Shown here: piece by piece, positions 38,815 through 48,641 of the stretch
How positions within the stretch are numbered: the first letter of the stretch is position 1
How the letters are laid out: each line of letters begins with the position of its first letter
Source: Cyanobacteria bacterium P01_D01_bin.156
GTDB lineage: Bacteria; Cyanobacteriota; Cyanobacteriia; Phormidesmidales; Phormidesmidaceae
Length of the DNA: 64,000 bases
Reading direction: 5' to 3'
Assembly (NCBI GenBank): GCA_039024555.1
Contig: JBCCQQ010000007.1
Coordinates: 26,264-90,263, forward strand
Translations under genes and position numbers: made by a program
The notes under the pieces: generated by a model
What the model was told of the DNA's origin: nothing
Databases searched by the model: none
The model's input: the letters and a program-made list of their open reading frames with translations, nothing else

Positions 38815-40266
38815 CTATGTAGTTTGCTTGATCGGTAAGCCAATTATAAATTCGGTCCCTTGCCCAGGTTGGGAATGAATACTGAGTGTTCCGCCATGCT
38901 TTTCAGTAACAATTTGCTGACTGATAGCCAAACCTACTCCTGTGCCCTTCCCAACACCTTTGGTCGTAAAGTACTGGTCGAAAATCTTATGTTGCACATC
39001 CGCTGGAATACCTGGTCCATTATCAGTGATACTAATTTGAACCTGATCGTCATCCTCACTGAGGCGAGTAGTCACTGTAATCTGATTTGGCACAGCTTTA
39101 ATCTCCTGTAAATTTCTTCCAAAATTAGATTCTTCTAGCGCGTCAATAGCATTGGAAAGCAAATTCATAAAGACTTGATTGAGCTGTCCAGCAAAGCAAT
39201 CAACGCTGGATAGCTCCCCATACTGTTTATGAATCTGAATCTCAGGGCGCTGCTCATTAGCCTTGAGTCGATGTTTCAGGATGAGCAGTGTACTGTCTAG
39301 CCCCTCATGAATGTTGAAAGCGGTAGGAATAGCGGTGTCAGCTCTGGAGAAGGTGCGTAAACTGGTGCTGATGTCACAAATTCGCTTCGCTCCTTCTTTC
39401 ATAGAAACCAGAAGTTTGGGCAAATCTTCCTGTAGGAATTCAAGTTCAATGTCTTCAAGGATCTGCTCAATGTCTTCCCCTGGATTAGGGAAAGTTTGTT
39501 GATAGAGCTCAATCACTCGCAATATGTCTTTTACATATGCCTGAGCATGTTTCAAGTTGCCCGAGAGACAGCTCACGGGATTATTGATTTCATGAGCTAC
39601 ACCAGCCACTAGATTACCGAGAGCAGACATTTTCTCACGTTGAACCAAATGTAATTGAGATTGTTGCAGTTGAAATAGGGCCGCATTCAATTCGATTGTT
39701 TGGCACTGTAATTTTTGATTCAGTTCCTGTAGATCAAGCTCAGCTTGCCGCCGTCGCGTAATGTCCTGATATGTCCCTAGGATACCGATGACATTTCCTT
39801 CAACATCGTGAAGTGGTACTTTATTCGTTTCTAACCAGGTTTGTTCACCGCTACTGTGTAGTTGAGGTTCAATAATACCGATTTCAGCTCGGTTAGATTC
39901 CATCACGCGCCGATCGCACTTGAGGTAAAACTCAGTCTCCTCCTTTTTCCAAGGCATATCATAGTCATTTTTACCAACGATCTCATCTGGAGAGCTTAAA
40001 CCAGCATCTTCTGAAAAGTTCTTATTACAACCCAGAAAAGTAGAATTCTGATCCTTCCAGAAAATTGCTTCTGGCAAGGTATCCATAACTAGCTGGAGTA
40101 GCTGTTGTGAATCTCGAAGTTTGTCTTCAACTTGCTGACGCCGGGCCAGTTCTTGCTGGTGGGCTGCACGTAATGACTTTAGCTCATCGTGACAGCCAGC
40201 CAGCGTATTGGGTAGCCGCTCTTGGCTCTGGTGAGATTGATGATTAAGCTCATTCAGTAACACCAC
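38815..40266 (-). CDS. Cytoplasmic PAS-domain sensor histidine kinase
   Basis: PAS (IFWKD...FLGCN...GKND...WLETNKVPL), H-box AHEINNP, N-box NLLSNA, DNGPG, FTTK, GTGVGL. Confidence 0.93.
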   Translation of the reverse strand: MVLLNELNHQSHQSQERLPNTLAGCHDELKSLRAAHQQELARRQQVEDKLRDSQQLLQLVMDTLPEAIFWKDQNSTFLGCNKNFSEDAGLSSPDEIVGKNDYDMPWKKEETEFYLKCDRRVMESNRAEIGIIEPQLHSSGEQTWLETNKVPLHDVEGNVIGILGTYQDITRRRQAELDLQELNQKLQCQTIELNAALFQLQQSQLHLVQREKMSALGNLVAGVAHEINNPVSCLSGNLKHAQAYVKDILRVIELYQQTFPNPGEDIEQILEDIELEFLQEDLPKLLVSMKEGAKRICDISTSLRTFSRADTAIPTAFNIHEGLDSTLLILKHRLKANEQRPEIQIHKQYGELSSVDCFAGQLNQVFMNLLSNAIDALEESNFGRNLQEIKAVPNQITVTTRLSEDDDQVQISITDNGPGIPADVQHKIFDQYFTTKGVGKGTGVGLAISQQIVTEKHGGTLSIHSQPGQGTEFIIGLPIKQTT

Positions 40267-40504
40267 GCTAGATTACTCCGAACAACTTTCGTTAACTAAT
40301 TATTCCTAGTCCTAAAGTGCCCAAAAAGAGAGCGTATTTACAAATGGAGAGAATAGAGAGTACTCTGCTCCTCCTACAGACTAAGAGAAAATTCTATGTA
40401 ACCTATTCTCTGGGTTACGTATAGGAACATACTCTCATAGATGCAGGAGTAATAAGCACAGTAAGACTGCTGAGCTTCTAATTAAATTTCTGTGAGGTTA
40501 TTTT

Positions 40505-40545
40505 CAGATAAGATTGTAAAGGTTTAGTCTTTACAATCTTATCTG
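40505..40545. terminator. Perfect 17-bp inverted repeat in the exbD-HK intergenic region (terminator or operator)
   Basis: CAGATAAGATTGTAAAG-gtttagt-CTTTACAATCTTATCTG. Confidence 0.5.
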
Positions 40546-40995
40546 GGATATATACTTACACATAAGTCAAAACAATGTTTTATTGTGATTTTGCATGTTG
40601 ATGGTCGTGTAGTTGAAAATAGGATGGAGTCATAATTTATATAGTTTTGAGCTTTTGGTCCTCCAACCTAAAAAAGAGTCTCTGAGTAATTTTGAGTCTT
40701 TTCTTAAAGTCTTCCTTAGAAAACTTTGATTTAGCTGCTACGCAATAATCTGAGCTAGCAGAAAGAGGTCATCTCCCCCTTCAGCAACCGTAGGTGTGCT
40801 CTCATGCATCGCTTATGTCAGATTGTTGACAAACTTTAGAACACACCATGCCCATAAGTTCTCGAAATCAGTAATTGCTCTGGGTTAGAGAACCGCTGAA
40901 TTCATCCCAATTAGAGCTCTGTCTGGCGCTTAGAATTTTATTTCTATCAATTTACTGAAAACTATTCTGGGGAATTAGATGCTGTTTAATTGAAA

Positions 40996-41409
40996 TTACT
41001 CTACTGCCAGTGAGACTTTTTTTCCACCGATACTTCGCAAATCTGCCAACAACGTTGCAACATCAGAATAGGGTAATGTTCGATCCGCTTTTAACATAAC
41101 AAACCCATCAGGATTCTCTGCAAAATATCCTTGAATAATGGGCGCTAATGCAGGAATTGTTACAGCCTCATCGTTATAAACTGTCTGACCATCTTCCCGT
41201 AGCCCAATCACTAAAGGTTCTATCTTTTCAACAACTTCTTCATCTACACCAGAAACAGCTTGCGGCAAGCTCACTCCAAAAATCTGTACACCACTCAGTT
41301 CCATGGAAATAATCACAAAAAAGGTGAGAACCGTCATTAATACATCCATCATCGGTACCAGATTCACCTCAGGTACACCAGAATTCTGATAGCGAGACCG
41401 TAATCCCAT
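40996..41409 (-). CDS. exbD: Biopolymer transport protein ExbD/TolR
   Basis: EVNLVPMMDVLMTVLTFFVI...LKADRTLPY..V...L. Confidence 0.9.
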   Translation of the reverse strand: MGLRSRYQNSGVPEVNLVPMMDVLMTVLTFFVIISMELSGVQIFGVSLPQAVSGVDEEVVEKIEPLVIGLREDGQTVYNDEAVTIPALAPIIQGYFAENPDGFVMLKADRTLPYSDVATLLADLRSIGGKKVSLAVE

Positions 41410-41417
41410 GGTTCTTA

Positions 41418-41846
41418 CTACTCCTCAGGATCTTCTAATGCTAGGGAAACCTGGTCTCCCCCTACTGCCCGCATATCTCCGAGAAACTGCATAACATTTT
41501 CGTAGGGCAGTTCTTGATCGGGCACCAAATACACTGTCTTTGTAGGATTCTTTTCAATATAATCGCTAATTTCTAAGGCTAGCTGAGCACTATCCAGTGG
41601 CTGACCGTTAAGAAACGTTTTTTGGTCTTTATCCATCTCTACAATAAATATTTCGTTGATGGAGGGTAGCTGATCTGGCGGTGTGTCTTCGGTTTGTTCT
41701 GGTGGCAGTTCTACCTCAATAAGCTGTTCACTACCTAAGGAGACGGCAATAACGACAAAAAACGCCAACACACCCATCATCACCGTGAGCATGGGTATCA
41801 GATCAATGTGGGGAATTTTGCTTTCTTTGTGTTTACCTAAAGGCAT
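41418..41846 (-). CDS. exbD: Biopolymer transport protein ExbD/TolR (second copy)
   Basis: IDLIPMLTVMMGVLAFFVV...PDQELPYENVMQFL. The canonical TM Asp (PMxD) is replaced by Thr. Confidence 0.85.
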   Translation of the reverse strand: MPLGKHKESKIPHIDLIPMLTVMMGVLAFFVVIAVSLGSEQLIEVELPPEQTEDTPPDQLPSINEIFIVEMDKDQKTFLNGQPLDSAQLALEISDYIEKNPTKTVYLVPDQELPYENVMQFLGDMRAVGGDQVSLALEDPEE

Positions 41847-41857
41847 ATTTCAAACAA

Positions 41858-42553
41858 CTATTGATAGGTTGCAGGTACTGGTGCCTCGTCCGGTGTATGG
41901 CCGTTTTCAGCAGCAAGTAGGGCAGGCTCGTACCAGTTTTGTCGATAGATGAGCTCTAGCTCATTACCAGCTTCAGAGAAATAGTCGGTCTGCTGGCTTT
42001 GTAATGAGACCAACACCCGCAGAACTAGCAGAGCCAAGATCGCCACTACCATGCCCGCAGCGGTGGTAATCAGAGCTTCACCAATACCAGCGGCGGCTTG
42101 ACTAGCGCCTTCCCCGCCGCCGCTACCACCAATGTCCAGACTATAGAAGGTGGCAATTAGCCCCGTTACCGTTCCAAGTAATCCAAGCAATGGGGAAATG
42201 GCAACGATAGTTTCGAGTAGTTTTTCACCCTGACGCATTTTGACGAATTCTCTATCCGCTGCGGTTTCCATCGCTAAACGGAAGGTTTCGGGTGAGGCAT
42301 TGCGCAGTCGCAGAGGTGCATATAAAAAGCGGCCCATGGGAGTGTCGCTATGTTGGTTCGCGATCGCAGCTGCTTCATTCAAATCCCGAGGAGCTGCTTT
42401 TAGTACGTCGTTTACAATTTTGCCTTCACGTCGCAGCAGGTCAGACCAAAACCGTGTCCGTTCTAGGGCACAGGAAATTGTAAGTACCGACGCCCCAACA
42501 ATCGGGACCATCACCGGGCCACCCCTAGCTAGAAAGTCAAATACAGTTGCCAT
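41858..42553 (-). CDS. exbB: MotA/TolQ/ExbB proton channel
   Basis: GGPVMVPI, LETIVAISPLLGLLGTVTGLI, GIGEALITTAAG. Confidence 0.93.
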   Translation of the reverse strand: MATVFDFLARGGPVMVPIVGASVLTISCALERTRFWSDLLRREGKIVNDVLKAAPRDLNEAAAIANQHSDTPMGRFLYAPLRLRNASPETFRLAMETAADREFVKMRQGEKLLETIVAISPLLGLLGTVTGLIATFYSLDIGGSGGGEGASQAAAGIGEALITTAAGMVVAILALLVLRVLVSLQSQQTDYFSEAGNELELIYRQNWYEPALLAAENGHTPDEAPVPATYQ

Positions 42554-42648
42554 TACCTATCTCCTCGGTTGTGTACCTATCTCACTTTGTCGGTTAAACT
42601 ACGCTTCGAACGTTTCAGCGGGCCATGATGTAGCGTTCTCATCGTCGT

Positions 42649-43335
42649 CTATTGACGATCGTCCTCATCGTCTTCCTCTTCTTGTGACGCGGCTGGAGCA
42701 GTCTCGCTAACCGGTGTTTGCTGTGTTTCCGGAGTAGCCGCAGTCTGAGGTGAGGCAGTGGCTGCACCAGTAGGTGCACTGCCAGCACCAGGTGCAGTAC
42801 CACCCGCTACTGGTGCACTATCCACTACAACCTCCTGCCATTCCAAATTACTGTCGCCGCCCACTTTAACCAAAATTGACACCACGCGACCGGCTGCGAC
42901 GGTACCAGCACCGATCACATCACATTCAAAGGTATCTCCCCGCTGATTAATGCGATAGGTATCACCACAGTCAATAGTCAGGCGCTTACCAACAGCATCT
43001 TTGAGCTCGTCTTGAATGCTTTCTTCCAGGGAGGCCAAGTTGATGATTACCTTCGAACTTGGAACATCCCAGACCACACTGCCTTGATCGTCTTGCTGGA
43101 TCACATTAATCGTGAATTGACCACCGTCAGGCAACTCTCCCACGCAGCGAAAGTAAGCCTCTGCTTGTTTGGCCACACTACCTGGGCAGATTACATCCTT
43201 CAGGGTGAGCCGTCGCCCCTGGCGCTCAATGTCATCCTGAATCCTGGACTCTATGCGAGATATGTTTAGGTTTTGGCCACAGCCACTAAGGAAAACCAAC
43301 CCTAATAGTGCGCCCAACCGAACAATGGGAACCAT
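42649..43335 (-). CDS. Lipoprotein with tandem DUF4333-like Cys-containing domains and a low-complexity tail
   Basis: Lipobox LSGC. Two repeats with C-P/C-G...F.C patterns. Ala/Pro/Thr and acidic C-terminus. Confidence 0.7.
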   Translation of the reverse strand: MVPIVRLGALLGLVFLSGCGQNLNISRIESRIQDDIERQGRRLTLKDVICPGSVAKQAEAYFRCVGELPDGGQFTINVIQQDDQGSVVWDVPSSKVIINLASLEESIQDELKDAVGKRLTIDCGDTYRINQRGDTFECDVIGAGTVAAGRVVSILVKVGGDSNLEWQEVVVDSAPVAGGTAPGAGSAPTGAATASPQTAATPETQQTPVSETAPAASQEEEDDEDDRQ

Positions 43336-43564
43336 TTTGTGCTGTCGAAAAATACGCCGCTGCTAGGGTAGAAAATTAAAGGACTGATAGAACTCACTAA
43401 TACTCTAAACTGGACGCATCAAATCATACCGATGAGCAGCAACGCTAAGAAAAATCTCAAGACTCACTATAACGGGGGCTTTCAGACACCAGGTAAAGAC
43501 TGGGTTAAAACACCCGTAGAAATTGTGGAAAACTCTGAGAAATCTCAAAATCGGATACCTGTAG

Positions 43565-44059
43565 CTACCCTTGTATCTGGCGAACCAGATGCTGTAGTTC
43601 TGGCAGAATAAGCGCATCCATCGCTAGTTTGACACCATTACTAGAACCAGGCAGTAAGAATATCAGCGTAGATTGATATACCCCTGCAGTTGCTCTAGAT
43701 GCGATCGCCCGAGAGCCAATTTCAGAATAGCTAAGCTGACGAAAAATTTCTCCAAAGCCAGGAATTTCTTTTGTTAGTAAGACAGAAACTGCATCATAGG
43801 TAGCATCTCGTGGAGCGATCCCAGTACCACCATTGCAAATAATGACATCAACCGTTGGCACCAACTGCTGCACTAAAACTTTGATTTTATCGGGCTCATC
43901 TTTGACCAGTCGGTAAGCCTCTAAACGATGCCCAGCTTCCCGTAATTTAACCTTGATTAGCTGACCACTCTTGTCAGTATCCACAGTACGGGTGTCGCTA
44001 ACGGTAATCACACCGCATAACGCTGGCCGAAAATCTGGATCGGGGTGAGGGCTAGACAT
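43565..44059 (-). CDS. Molybdopterin adenylyltransferase, MogA/MoaB family
   Basis: VITVSDTRT..TDKSG, NGGTGIAPRDAT, GFGEIFR, LPGS. Confidence 0.92.
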   Translation of the reverse strand: MSSPHPDPDFRPALCGVITVSDTRTVDTDKSGQLIKVKLREAGHRLEAYRLVKDEPDKIKVLVQQLVPTVDVIICNGGTGIAPRDATYDAVSVLLTKEIPGFGEIFRQLSYSEIGSRAIASRATAGVYQSTLIFLLPGSSNGVKLAMDALILPELQHLVRQIQG

Positions 44060-44072
44060 AGAAATTTAGGTT

Positions 44073-44120
44073 GGAATTCGAAAGATGAATTCCGACTTCC
44101 GAATTCCGACTTCATCTTTC
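44073..44120. repeat. Short tandem/inverted repeat element filling the psb28-mog gap
   Basis: GAAAGATGAA...TTCATCTTTC flanks tandem GAATTCCGACTTC(C) x2. Its reverse complement shares the GAATTCGGAAG core with the 21908 element. Confidence 0.6.
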
Positions 44121-44121
44121 T

Positions 44122-44454
44122 CTAGCTCTTAGTAAAGCCCAAACCATTTTTCTCAGCGTAGCGGTTCATAAATCGCATAAACCGTTCCCACTCCTCAGGG
44201 CTTTTAATCAACAGTCGTGCTTCTAAGGCAGCAGGCGCACCGTTAATAAATTTGGCGTTGACTTCGCGGCTAACGATTTCGCCTTCTTCGTCTACTAAGT
44301 ACAGACCAGTTACTTCAAAGCCTTCTTCCATAAGAGCTCTGGGCTCATCAAAGTAAAAAGTAGCAGTGCCGTCGCTACCATCCTTGGCACGGGTTAACCG
44401 CACATCTGGAATAATTTCCTCAGCTACACCCCGAGCAAATTGGATTTCTGCCAT
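44122..44454 (-). CDS. psb28: Photosystem II assembly factor Psb28
   Basis: MAEIQF..GV.E...PDVRLTR..DG..GTATF.F..P...ITGLYL.DEEGEI...KFING...[16 protein letters not shown]. Confidence 0.97.
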   Translation of the reverse strand: MAEIQFARGVAEEIIPDVRLTRAKDGSDGTATFYFDEPRALMEEGFEVTGLYLVDEEGEIVSREVNAKFINGAPAALEARLLIKSPEEWERFMRFMNRYAEKNGLGFTKS

Positions 44455-44940
44455 TGCACTATCCTCTAAATAATTAATGAGCCATCTGTAACAAAGCGTT
44501 ACGGAATATCATCCCATCATATGAGTGTTGTTTAAAACACTTGCTGGAAAAATTGCGGCCAAGAGAGGAAATTAGCCTTTAGCAGTGCCATCACTGAGAC
44601 GTTGATAGTCACCCACATTGCCAGAAAAAGAGCAGCCATGACTTCTACTGAACTTCATAAGCAATTTCCGTAACTTCCTCAATGTTTTAACGGAAGGGCA
44701 TTGATGTAATAGAGCTACGTTACCAACGATATTTACCCAGTCGTCAGATATGAACGCTAATAACCAGACAGAAAAGACACCTAAATCACTTTGGAAACCG
44801 TTAACCGTTTCACAGGAAGAGACTGTTAAAGGGGGTAGCGGTACAGTAGGAAGGTATAGCAGATACAGAAATAGGAATCGTCACTCTCGTGGATAGAGAG
44901 AGATTAACTTTGAGTCCAAATGTGATGTGAGTTATGTGGT

Positions 44941-47097
44941 TTAGTCTGCAATTGCCACCTGGTAGGGAGATCCTACAGGTGGCATTCGTTTTTTCAGAAC
45001 CATGCCCTGATAGACCATAGCGGCGACGGTATCCCAGGTCGCCACTTCATTAGGTGTGAGCATGTCTATCCTGGGATGGTTAAACACTAAACCGAGTTTA
45101 GTGGCGGTTGAGATCGCGCCCACCGCATAGCGAGGCACCTGATCTTGATCCTGATAGCGAGACAGCATGCCCGCCGTTCCCTTAGCCTTCAGATTTAGGC
45201 CACTGACAAGAGCTAACAACACCTGAATTTTGAGGATAGGCTGCTCTGGCGCAAAGGTATAGTCGGGAAAGCCAGACAGAAACTTACCCCGATAGACCGT
45301 CTGAATTGTCTGAGCGGCCCAGTGGGATTCAGGGACATCGCGAAATGCCACAGGATAACGGCGAGGCTCAGGGGTAAATGCCGCTGCCACCAAGCTGGCA
45401 AACTGAGCGCGGGTTACGGGGTCATCGGCATCACAGGTGGCATCCAGTAAATTGTGAGCTATCAGGGGCTGTAAAAAGTCACTGGCCCAGTGGGTGGCCA
45501 CCACATTAGCCACGCTGCTGGCCACCTGGGGACGAACGATAAAGGGGGAATTGGGGGACTGCATCCGCCCTAAATTGACCAAACATTGGTGAACTAGGGC
45601 CGTAGTTTCGCCCCGAGTAATGGGTTCCATAGGCCGCAGTCGAGCCACATCTGGATGGTTCACCACAATGCTGCGTCGAGTGGCGATGGCGACTTCTTCT
45701 ACTGCATAGGTGGGTACCTGGGCGCGGTCGGTGTAAACTCCCAGCTCAGACGCTTCTCCCTGCCCTAAGCGGAGGCCATTAACCAGGGCTACCAGGGCCT
45801 GTACCCGAGTCAGTGGATTATTGGGGCGAAACGTACCATCGGGAAACCCGGCTAGAAACCCTTGGGCCTGGGCTTGATAAATCACCTGACGCGCCCAAAA
45901 GTCTGAAGCGATATCCGAAAATGCCTTAAACCGACGCTGATCGCCACCGGTGGCTGGAAATGTGGCCATGATTAGGGCGGCAAACTGAGCTCTAGTCACT
46001 AGGGCATCAGGGCGAAAAGACCCATCTAAAAAGCCCTTAACCAGATTTGCGTCAGCCATGGCATTGATAAATGGCGCTGACCAATGGCCCATCACATCCT
46101 GAAACTGGCTATCGAGATTGGCCGACGGTGTTGTGATTTTTTTGGGTGTCTCTGGGACGCCTTGGGGTTTGACCTTACCTAAGAGTACTGAAGGTACAGC
46201 AATGGGATCAGGTAGTTCACTGGCTACATAACGAATATTGCCTTTAACCCGATTGGGATTGATAAAGTTACCGGCTGAATTGAGGGCTTGCCGACTGTCG
46301 TTGCGAATATCCCATTGGCCATTGTCTTGAAAAGAATTACCGCCCAAATCCTGACTGAGGCCAATATCCGGCTGGCTATCGTCCTGCATCCATAGACCGG
46401 AGGCTTTATTCTGACGAATACGGTTTTGTCGCAGGACAGGTCGCGCTGAACGAGATAGAACAACTCCGGCTCGGTTTTCAATTACGTCGTTGTCCACCAG
46501 CAGCGGCGCAGCCTGGTCGCTGAGAGCAATGCCAAAGCTGGTGTTGATAAAGCGATTTTGGCGAACTTCTCCCTTAGTTTGTCGAGCCATAAATAGGCCG
46601 CTGGCATTGTTAAAGGAAAATTCATTATCTAAAAGTACTGGCATAGCGTCTCCGGTGGCATGTACACCGTCTCGGCCACAGCCCAGCAGGCGACAGCGAG
46701 TAAGGAGTGCTGTTCCATCTTCTAACCACACCCCAATACCTTGGTTATCGGGGTTGGTAACAGTAATGCTGCGAAGCTGAGCGCGATTTTGCAGCTGGAG
46801 AGTAACGGACTGGAGTCCCATCTCTTCAGTCGCCAACATGCCGCCACCTCGGATGGTAACGGTACCACCTAACCCCACTACTGTGACCCCTGCAGCAACC
46901 GTTAGCGGAAACGATTCGCCACTGCTGTAGGTGCCTGCTTCTATCTGTACCGTGGCACCCGTTGCTGCCTGTCTAAGGGCTTGAGTAAGGGTTTTAAAGG
47001 GTGATTGTCGGCTGCCGGTCCCTTGAGTCTGGCCGGTTACACCATTGACATATAGAACAGAAGCAGGAGCTTGCACCATGACACCGGGCGATAACAT
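44941..47097 (-). CDS. DUF1565 (parallel beta-helix) + S-layer homology domain protein
   Basis: LYVN..TG...G....PFKT.TQAL...PGTYS..ESFPL, then two SLH sets (GFLDGSFRPDALVTRAQFA, GFPDGTFRPN, GFPDYTFAPE). Confidence 0.88.
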   Translation of the reverse strand: MLSPGVMVQAPASVLYVNGVTGQTQGTGSRQSPFKTLTQALRQAATGATVQIEAGTYSSGESFPLTVAAGVTVVGLGGTVTIRGGGMLATEEMGLQSVTLQLQNRAQLRSITVTNPDNQGIGVWLEDGTALLTRCRLLGCGRDGVHATGDAMPVLLDNEFSFNNASGLFMARQTKGEVRQNRFINTSFGIALSDQAAPLLVDNDVIENRAGVVLSRSARPVLRQNRIRQNKASGLWMQDDSQPDIGLSQDLGGNSFQDNGQWDIRNDSRQALNSAGNFINPNRVKGNIRYVASELPDPIAVPSVLLGKVKPQGVPETPKKITTPSANLDSQFQDVMGHWSAPFINAMADANLVKGFLDGSFRPDALVTRAQFAALIMATFPATGGDQRRFKAFSDIASDFWARQVIYQAQAQGFLAGFPDGTFRPNNPLTRVQALVALVNGLRLGQGEASELGVYTDRAQVPTYAVEEVAIATRRSIVVNHPDVARLRPMEPITRGETTALVHQCLVNLGRMQSPNSPFIVRPQVASSVANVVATHWASDFLQPLIAHNLLDATCDADDPVTRAQFASLVAAAFTPEPRRYPVAFRDVPESHWAAQTIQTVYRGKFLSGFPDYTFAPEQPILKIQVLLALVSGLNLKAKGTAGMLSRYQDQDQVPRYAVGAISTATKLGLVFNHPRIDMLTPNEVATWDTVAAMVYQGMVLKKRMPPVGSPYQVAIAD

Positions 47098-47362
47098 TTG
47101 AACAGCTGCAATATCTGACCCACCAGGGTAAGGGTAAATGTCGTTGCATTAACAATGGTTTGTTGATTTTGACTGAAAAGTTTATCTGGCGTTGCTGATC
47201 CTCCGGCTGAGTTTCTCTGCCATGTCCAGGCAACTGGTAGGCTCTACAGAGCATTTCATCCCCTAAATCAGCAGCGACCTCGGTGGCTAATCATCCTTGG
47301 CGTTTTAACTTTATAAGTGTGGGATGTGTTTTGACCTGGGTTCAACGTATTGTGGAGCCACT

Positions 47363-47653
47363 ATGCTGATTGCCCTAACTGTTTTTAATGTTGCGATCGC
47401 GCTACTCTGTTTTTTGCTGTCCTGGCGAATAATTGGCTGGCAACGCCAAATTATTCAACTCAACCGCGACCTCAATCGTTGGATGGTGTTTTTAGAAGGT
47501 ACCCTAACCGAGCAGGCACTAAACCTTACTCAGCAACGCACCCAGTTGCGTCTGTGGCAGCTAAATCATTTGCAATGGCAGCTTCAGCAGCGACAGTTGA
47601 TACAACTGGTAAAGTTTCTTAAGCTGCTTTGGTTCATCAGCAAGCGGCGATAG
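47363..47653 (+). CDS. Small hypothetical membrane protein
   Basis: N-terminal TM helix followed by a Gln/Leu-rich helix. Sits at the head of the ytxH-DUF948-TPM cluster. ATG 47363 preferred. Confidence 0.55.
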   Translation: MLIALTVFNVAIALLCFLLSWRIIGWQRQIIQLNRDLNRWMVFLEGTLTEQALNLTQQRTQLRLWQLNHLQWQLQQRQLIQLVKFLKLLWFISKRR

Positions 47654-47729
47654 GGATTTTATAAACCTATGGTTTTAGCAATCCTCGATAGTGTGAACTA
47701 CGTGCACAACATATTCGCAGGTGTAGAAA

Positions 47730-48059
47730 ATGACCCAAAACGACTCTGGTAATTTTGTGGGTGGACTTTTGGCCGGTACAGCCCTCGGTACAGTGATTGG
47801 CCTGCTTATTGCTCCTCGCAGTGGTCAACACACCCGTAAAGTTCTTAAAAAATCAGCGAATGCAGTCCCCGACTTAGTCGAAGACCTATCCACCAGCCTG
47901 CATTTTCATGCTGATAAGCTATCCCACACAACATTACAAAATTGGGATAGTACCCTAGCGCGTCTTAAAGATGCTCTGATCGCTGGACAGGCTGCCAGTC
48001 GCGCAGAATTCCTCAAGTCTGCCCGAGACGCTAACGTCACTAATTCCCAGCGTGACTAA
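47730..48059 (+). CDS. YtxH-domain protein
   Basis: FVGGLLAGTALGTVIGLLIAPRSG..TR..L. Confidence 0.88.
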   Translation: MTQNDSGNFVGGLLAGTALGTVIGLLIAPRSGQHTRKVLKKSANAVPDLVEDLSTSLHFHADKLSHTTLQNWDSTLARLKDALIAGQAASRAEFLKSARDANVTNSQRD

Positions 48060-48588
48060 TCCTGTGTTTTGGCTAGGCCTATCGATTTTGTTATTGGCCC
48101 TTGGCCTAATTGCTTTAGTGTGTGTGTCTGTTCCGGCGCTGATAGGGCTATCGCGGGCGGCTCGCAGTGCTGAGAAGCTGTTTGACACCCTTGATCGGGA
48201 GCTGCCTCGCACCCTAGAAGCAATGCGTCATACCGGGGCTGACCTCAGCGGTTTGGCCGATGATATGACCGACGGCATTAGCAGCGCCCGCAACATTGTT
48301 AAGCATGTGGACCATGGCATTAGTGATGTTCGCCAGCAAGCGGTTCAGGCTCAACGCACCACCCGCAGTGTCGCGATGGGGTTTAGGGCAGCCTGGCGGG
48401 TGCTAACAAAGCCTGCAAAGCCCTCAAAGAAATCGTCCCGTTCCAAACGTCGTCCGCCGATTAAGCCCCAGGCTAAAAAATCTTCTCAGAAACATTCATC
48501 GGTACCTCCATCCAATTCCGTTGACGCTAGTCCTGACGGGGCAACAGCTGGTGGGCCATCTACCCCTCCTACAAATGTCAGTGATTGA
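48052..48588 (+). CDS. DUF948-like membrane protein
   Basis: NPVFWLGLS.LL...P.L..L.RAARSAEKLFDTL.RELP.TL. Overlaps the ytxH stop. Confidence 0.8.
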   Translation: MTNPVFWLGLSILLLALGLIALVCVSVPALIGLSRAARSAEKLFDTLDRELPRTLEAMRHTGADLSGLADDMTDGISSARNIVKHVDHGISDVRQQAVQAQRTTRSVAMGFRAAWRVLTKPAKPSKKSSRSKRRPPIKPQAKKSSQKHSSVPPSNSVDASPDGATAGGPSTPPTNVSD

Positions 48589-48641
48589 CGGACGTTAGTC
48601 TTCTTCTTTACATTAAAGGTAGGTAAATAAGTGTAAACATT

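Noticed and set aside
44488-44502. GTAACAAAGCGTTAC upstream of psb28, resembling an NtcA box
   Set aside because: The spacing is GTA-N9-TAC, whereas NtcA needs N8. It may be a site for another dimeric factor but I cannot support that.
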